64,000 nt of DNA, from NCBI GenBank assembly GCA_000004695.1, contig CM000151.3, positions 4,192,001-4,256,000 of the forward strand. The letters run 5' to 3'. Shown here piece after piece: positions 60,777 through 64,000 of the stretch. Both the position numbers and the translations under genes were made by a program. Numbering within the stretch: position 1 is the stretch's first letter; each line of letters begins with the position of its first letter. The notes under the pieces were generated by a model. That model was not told the origin of the DNA, did no database searches, and saw only the letters and a list, made by a program, of their open reading frames with translations. The stretch is from Dictyostelium discoideum (lineage: Eukaryota).

Positions 60777-61466
60777 ATGAAAAAAATAAATTGTTTTATT
60801 TTTATATTTTTAATAATAAATTTTAAATTTATATATGTTTTATCAGAAGAACAGCCACTACAAGCTCCAATATTAAAAGCTGATCCAACAAAATCACCAG
60901 AGAAGAAATCTGATGAAGGTAGTAGTAATAGTTATTTAGAGAGTATTTTAAAACTTGATGAAAAAGAAAATAAAATTGAAGAACAAGAAACAACAACAAT
61001 ATCACCATCATTAGTAAATTTAAAAACCGAAGATATTTATTTTAATATTGATTGGAAATGTAATACTCAAGACATTTTCATAAATGATATGGGTTATTAT
61101 GATATTGCTTCAATTTTAAATCCAAAACGTAATTGTCATGCTTTTAAAACTCCATGTGATGAGATTGTCTCATTGAATATAACAGATTGTAATGGAAGTC
61201 AACCATTCAATAGTTCATGTAGATTCGTTTTAAATTATTATAGAGATACAATCAGTTGTGATAATATTCCAGTTTTAGTGACTGATTTCAATTGTGAATC
61301 ATTTGGTAAACATCATGATCTTGGTGCAATTGATGTAATTTGTAAAAGATTCGAACGGGAAACTGCTGATCCAATAAAATCATCTTCAACTTTTTTTCTC
61401 AAAGTAAATTTCTATTTTCAAATATTTATTTTAATTTCAATTTTATTAATATTAATTATTTTATAA
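60777..61466 (+). CDS. Secreted Cys-rich protein with hydrophobic C-terminus (possible GPI anchor signal); single exon
   Basis: N-terminal signal MKKINCFIFIFLIINFKFIYVLS. It has 12 Cys in the mature region and a C-terminal FQIFILISILLILIIL*. Confidence 0.5.
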   Translation: MKKINCFIFIFLIINFKFIYVLSEEQPLQAPILKADPTKSPEKKSDEGSSNSYLESILKLDEKENKIEEQETTTISPSLVNLKTEDIYFNIDWKCNTQDIFINDMGYYDIASILNPKRNCHAFKTPCDEIVSLNITDCNGSQPFNSSCRFVLNYYRDTISCDNIPVLVTDFNCESFGKHHDLGAIDVICKRFERETADPIKSSSTFFLKVNFYFQIFILISILLILIIL

Positions 61467-62269
61467 AAAAAAATAAAAAAAATAAAAAAAAAAAAAGTAA
61501 TAAAAAAAAATAAAAAAAATAAAAAAAAAAATAAATAAAATTAAATGATATTTTTTTAATTATTAAAAAAATAAAAAAAAGTAAATAAAAGGGAATTGAA
61601 TTTTTATTGAACATTTGTTTTTAAAAAATTACATATTTGGTTAATTTTATAATTTATTATTTAAAGTTGCAAGGCAGTTTGTCGGAATTTTTTAAATTAT
61701 TATATTTTTATATAAATGGTAAACCTTTTATTTCATTATTTTAATTTAAATATTGCCTGTTCTGCATTGGGTGTTATCTTTTTTTTTTTTTTAATTTCAA
61801 ATTTGAAATATTAGTTAGTTTTATTTTTATATATTTTTTTTTTTATAGGAATATGTTGTTAAAAAATGACCAAAATAAAAATAAATGTTGTCATTGTACA
61901 AAAATATCGTGTGGTGATTAAAGGAATTAAATAAAAATATTTTTCCCAAAATTTTAACACCCTATACCCACATTATATCTCAAATTTATTCTAGTATTTT
62001 ACTGTGTTTTTTCAGTAATATTTTTTACTATTATGGGGTTATTTTAAAAAAGTAATTATTTGTGATTTTCATACTTTAATTATTTATTTTATTTTATATT
62101 ATTTTTTAGTTTAGTTTTATTTAATTTTTTTTTTTTTTTTTTTTTTTCAATATTTAAAGGAAATTAACTATTATTTTTTTTTCATTAAATTAAACAACTA
62201 TAAATATCTATTTAAAAACAAAAAAAACAATTATAAAAATAGTGAATATCTTTTAAAAAAAAAAAAACA

Positions 62270-63026
62270 ATGAAATTATTATATGCATTAGTTTTATTAT
62301 TCTGTTTAATTGCAGTTGGTTATTCTGAACAAATCAAAAATACAAATCAAGTTAATAACATTAACAATGATATCCCAATGCATTCAAAAGCACCATGGTT
62401 CTTTAAACAACATAATCCAGAAGATTTCGTTAAATTCCTTGAAGAAGTTTTAATAAGTGTTGAAGTAAGTGAATATATATATTTTTTTTGATTTATTATT
62501 TAAAATCATTTTTCATAATTTTAACTCTTAACATTAATTTTATAAATTTTCAGAATCAAATTAATCCAGGAAATGTTACAGAGTGTGTAAAAACAATTAC
62601 CAATGGAACACTTACATTGGTTAATTTAAAACCAAATGAACCAAGAAATTTCGGTATTGCTTTTTCAACTATTATTCAAATAACTGAAAAATGTGGATTC
62701 CAAAAACTCATTGTTAAATTTGCAAATGATATTAACTATATTATTATTAATGGGTAAGTTTTTTTTTTGAAAAAAAAAAAAAAAAAAAAATAAAAAAAAA
62801 AAAACAAAAAAAAAAAAAATTTCATTTTATTAATAATTAAATTTTATTAAATTTTTATACAGACCTTCTGCATTTGCTGAAAGACAACTTGAAGCATTTA
62901 AAAATCAATCAACAAATCTTATTGATTGTTTCCAAAAAGTCTTGGCCTTAAGTAATTCAAGGGAATTACAAAGTGATCAATTAGGAAAATGTCTTTCAAT
63001 TGTAATCATGGACCCAATTCTTGGTT
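62270..63026 (+). CDS. Small secreted protein (~186 aa), 3 exons; function unknown
   Basis: Exons 62270..62464 (MKLLYALVLLFCLIAVGYS signal; GTAAGT donor), 62554..62753 (TTTTCAG acceptor; GTAAGT donor, phase 2) and 62863..63026 (ATACAG acceptor; ...CLSIVIMDPILG*). Confidence 0.6.
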
Positions 63027-63192
63027 AAATTAATTTTTTGAAAAATTGAAATTCAAATTAAATTGTTCAAATATATTTTAAAATTTAAAAAATTATAAAT
63101 AAAAAAAATTCTCTTTTTAAAATTCCAAAAAATAATTATATTTTTTATTTTTTTTTTTATTAATTTTATTTTATTTTATTTTTTGAAAAAAT

Positions 63193-63239
<47 letters not shown>

Positions 63240-63514
63240 TAATAAAAATTATAAATATAATAATGGAAGGTATTCAATTTTTCAAAAAAAATTCCTTATC
63301 AAAATCATAGTAATATAAAATTATTATTTTTTTTTTTGAAAAAAATTAATAAAGTAATTAATTTTAATATTTTCGATATCTTTCTTAGATCTAAATATAG
63401 TAATACTCAACGAATTTAATCTCCATATTATAATTTATATAAATGGGGTTAAAGTTTATTTTATTTTATTCTTTATTTATTATTTATATAACCACACAAC
63501 ATGTTGAGTGGTGC

Positions 63515-63545
<31 letters not shown>

Positions 63546-64000
63546 ACAGATAATTTTATTATAATCAATGTATGAATGTACCCCCAATGAAAGGAGTAAA
63601 AAAAAAATTTATTTCAAATAAACAAATAATTTAAAAATACACCCTCTCACCTATTAACATATTTGTTTTTTAAGAAAAAAAACTATTTTTATTTATAAAA
63701 ATTAATGTAAAATTGATAATATTTTTTAAAGTGTTTGTAAAAAAAAAAGGTAAAATAATTGTTTATTAAAATAATTATTTTTTTCATCACTGCACCAACA
63801 GCAGTAATTCCTATTAGTATTGACACACAATTTTGAACACAAAAACATATATGTACACCCCTTTTCCTTTTATATAATAATTTTGTATAAAAAAAATAAA
63901 AAATGGTAATTAATTAATTTAAACTGGTGAACATTTCCAAAAATAATATTAAAGGTATTAATATCTTTTTTCTTTTAAAAAATAAAAAAAATAAAAAAAA

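Overview
The window is eukaryotic. Extreme AT richness (about 22% GC), long poly-A/T spacers, (AAT)n/(CAA)n microsatellites that translate to poly-N/Q, and short AT-rich introns with GTAAGT/GTATGT donors and ...TAG/CAG acceptors all match nuclear DNA of the social amoeba Dictyostelium (discoideum-like). I found no prokaryotic operon, CRISPR array, tRNA, rRNA or retroelement. About 22 protein-coding genes sit on both strands. I traced many splice junctions by hand (coordinates are in each feature's evidence field). Genes I recognise from conserved motifs are: an Aly-type lysozyme-like secreted protein; an MFS transporter; an intronless ANT(6)/AadK-like nucleotidyltransferase (bacterial-type, possible HGT); a WAP four-disulfide-core secreted protein; threonyl-tRNA synthetase with an N-terminal presequence; TAF12; an F-BAR+SH3 protein; a 2-Cys peroxiredoxin; a RhoGAP protein; the BRE1 RING E3 ligase (5 exons); eIF1/SUI1; a WWE+BRCT protein with an unrecognised duplicated C-terminal domain; a large Asn-rich surface protein; a poly-Q C2H2 zinc-finger protein; a zinc-ribbon SAM methyltransferase; SNAPC3/SNAP50; a Golgi-type sulfotransferase; and several small secreted or membrane proteins. 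Second-look items are: two (possibly three) ORFs broken at homopolymer runs (A9 and A5), pointing to sequencing errors or true pseudogenisation; a 36-bp perfect inverted repeat flanking a (CAA)40 microsatellite; a three-copy 22-bp motif in the MFS promoter; a mitochondrial-presequence-like ORF upstream of the peroxiredoxin; a candidate 7-TM receptor split across two ORFs; a rare G-quadruplex-capable tract inside an intron; and a 4-kb gene-free AT desert with small GC pockets that may hold ncRNAs. Every homology call rests on motifs read by eye, because I could not run a database search.
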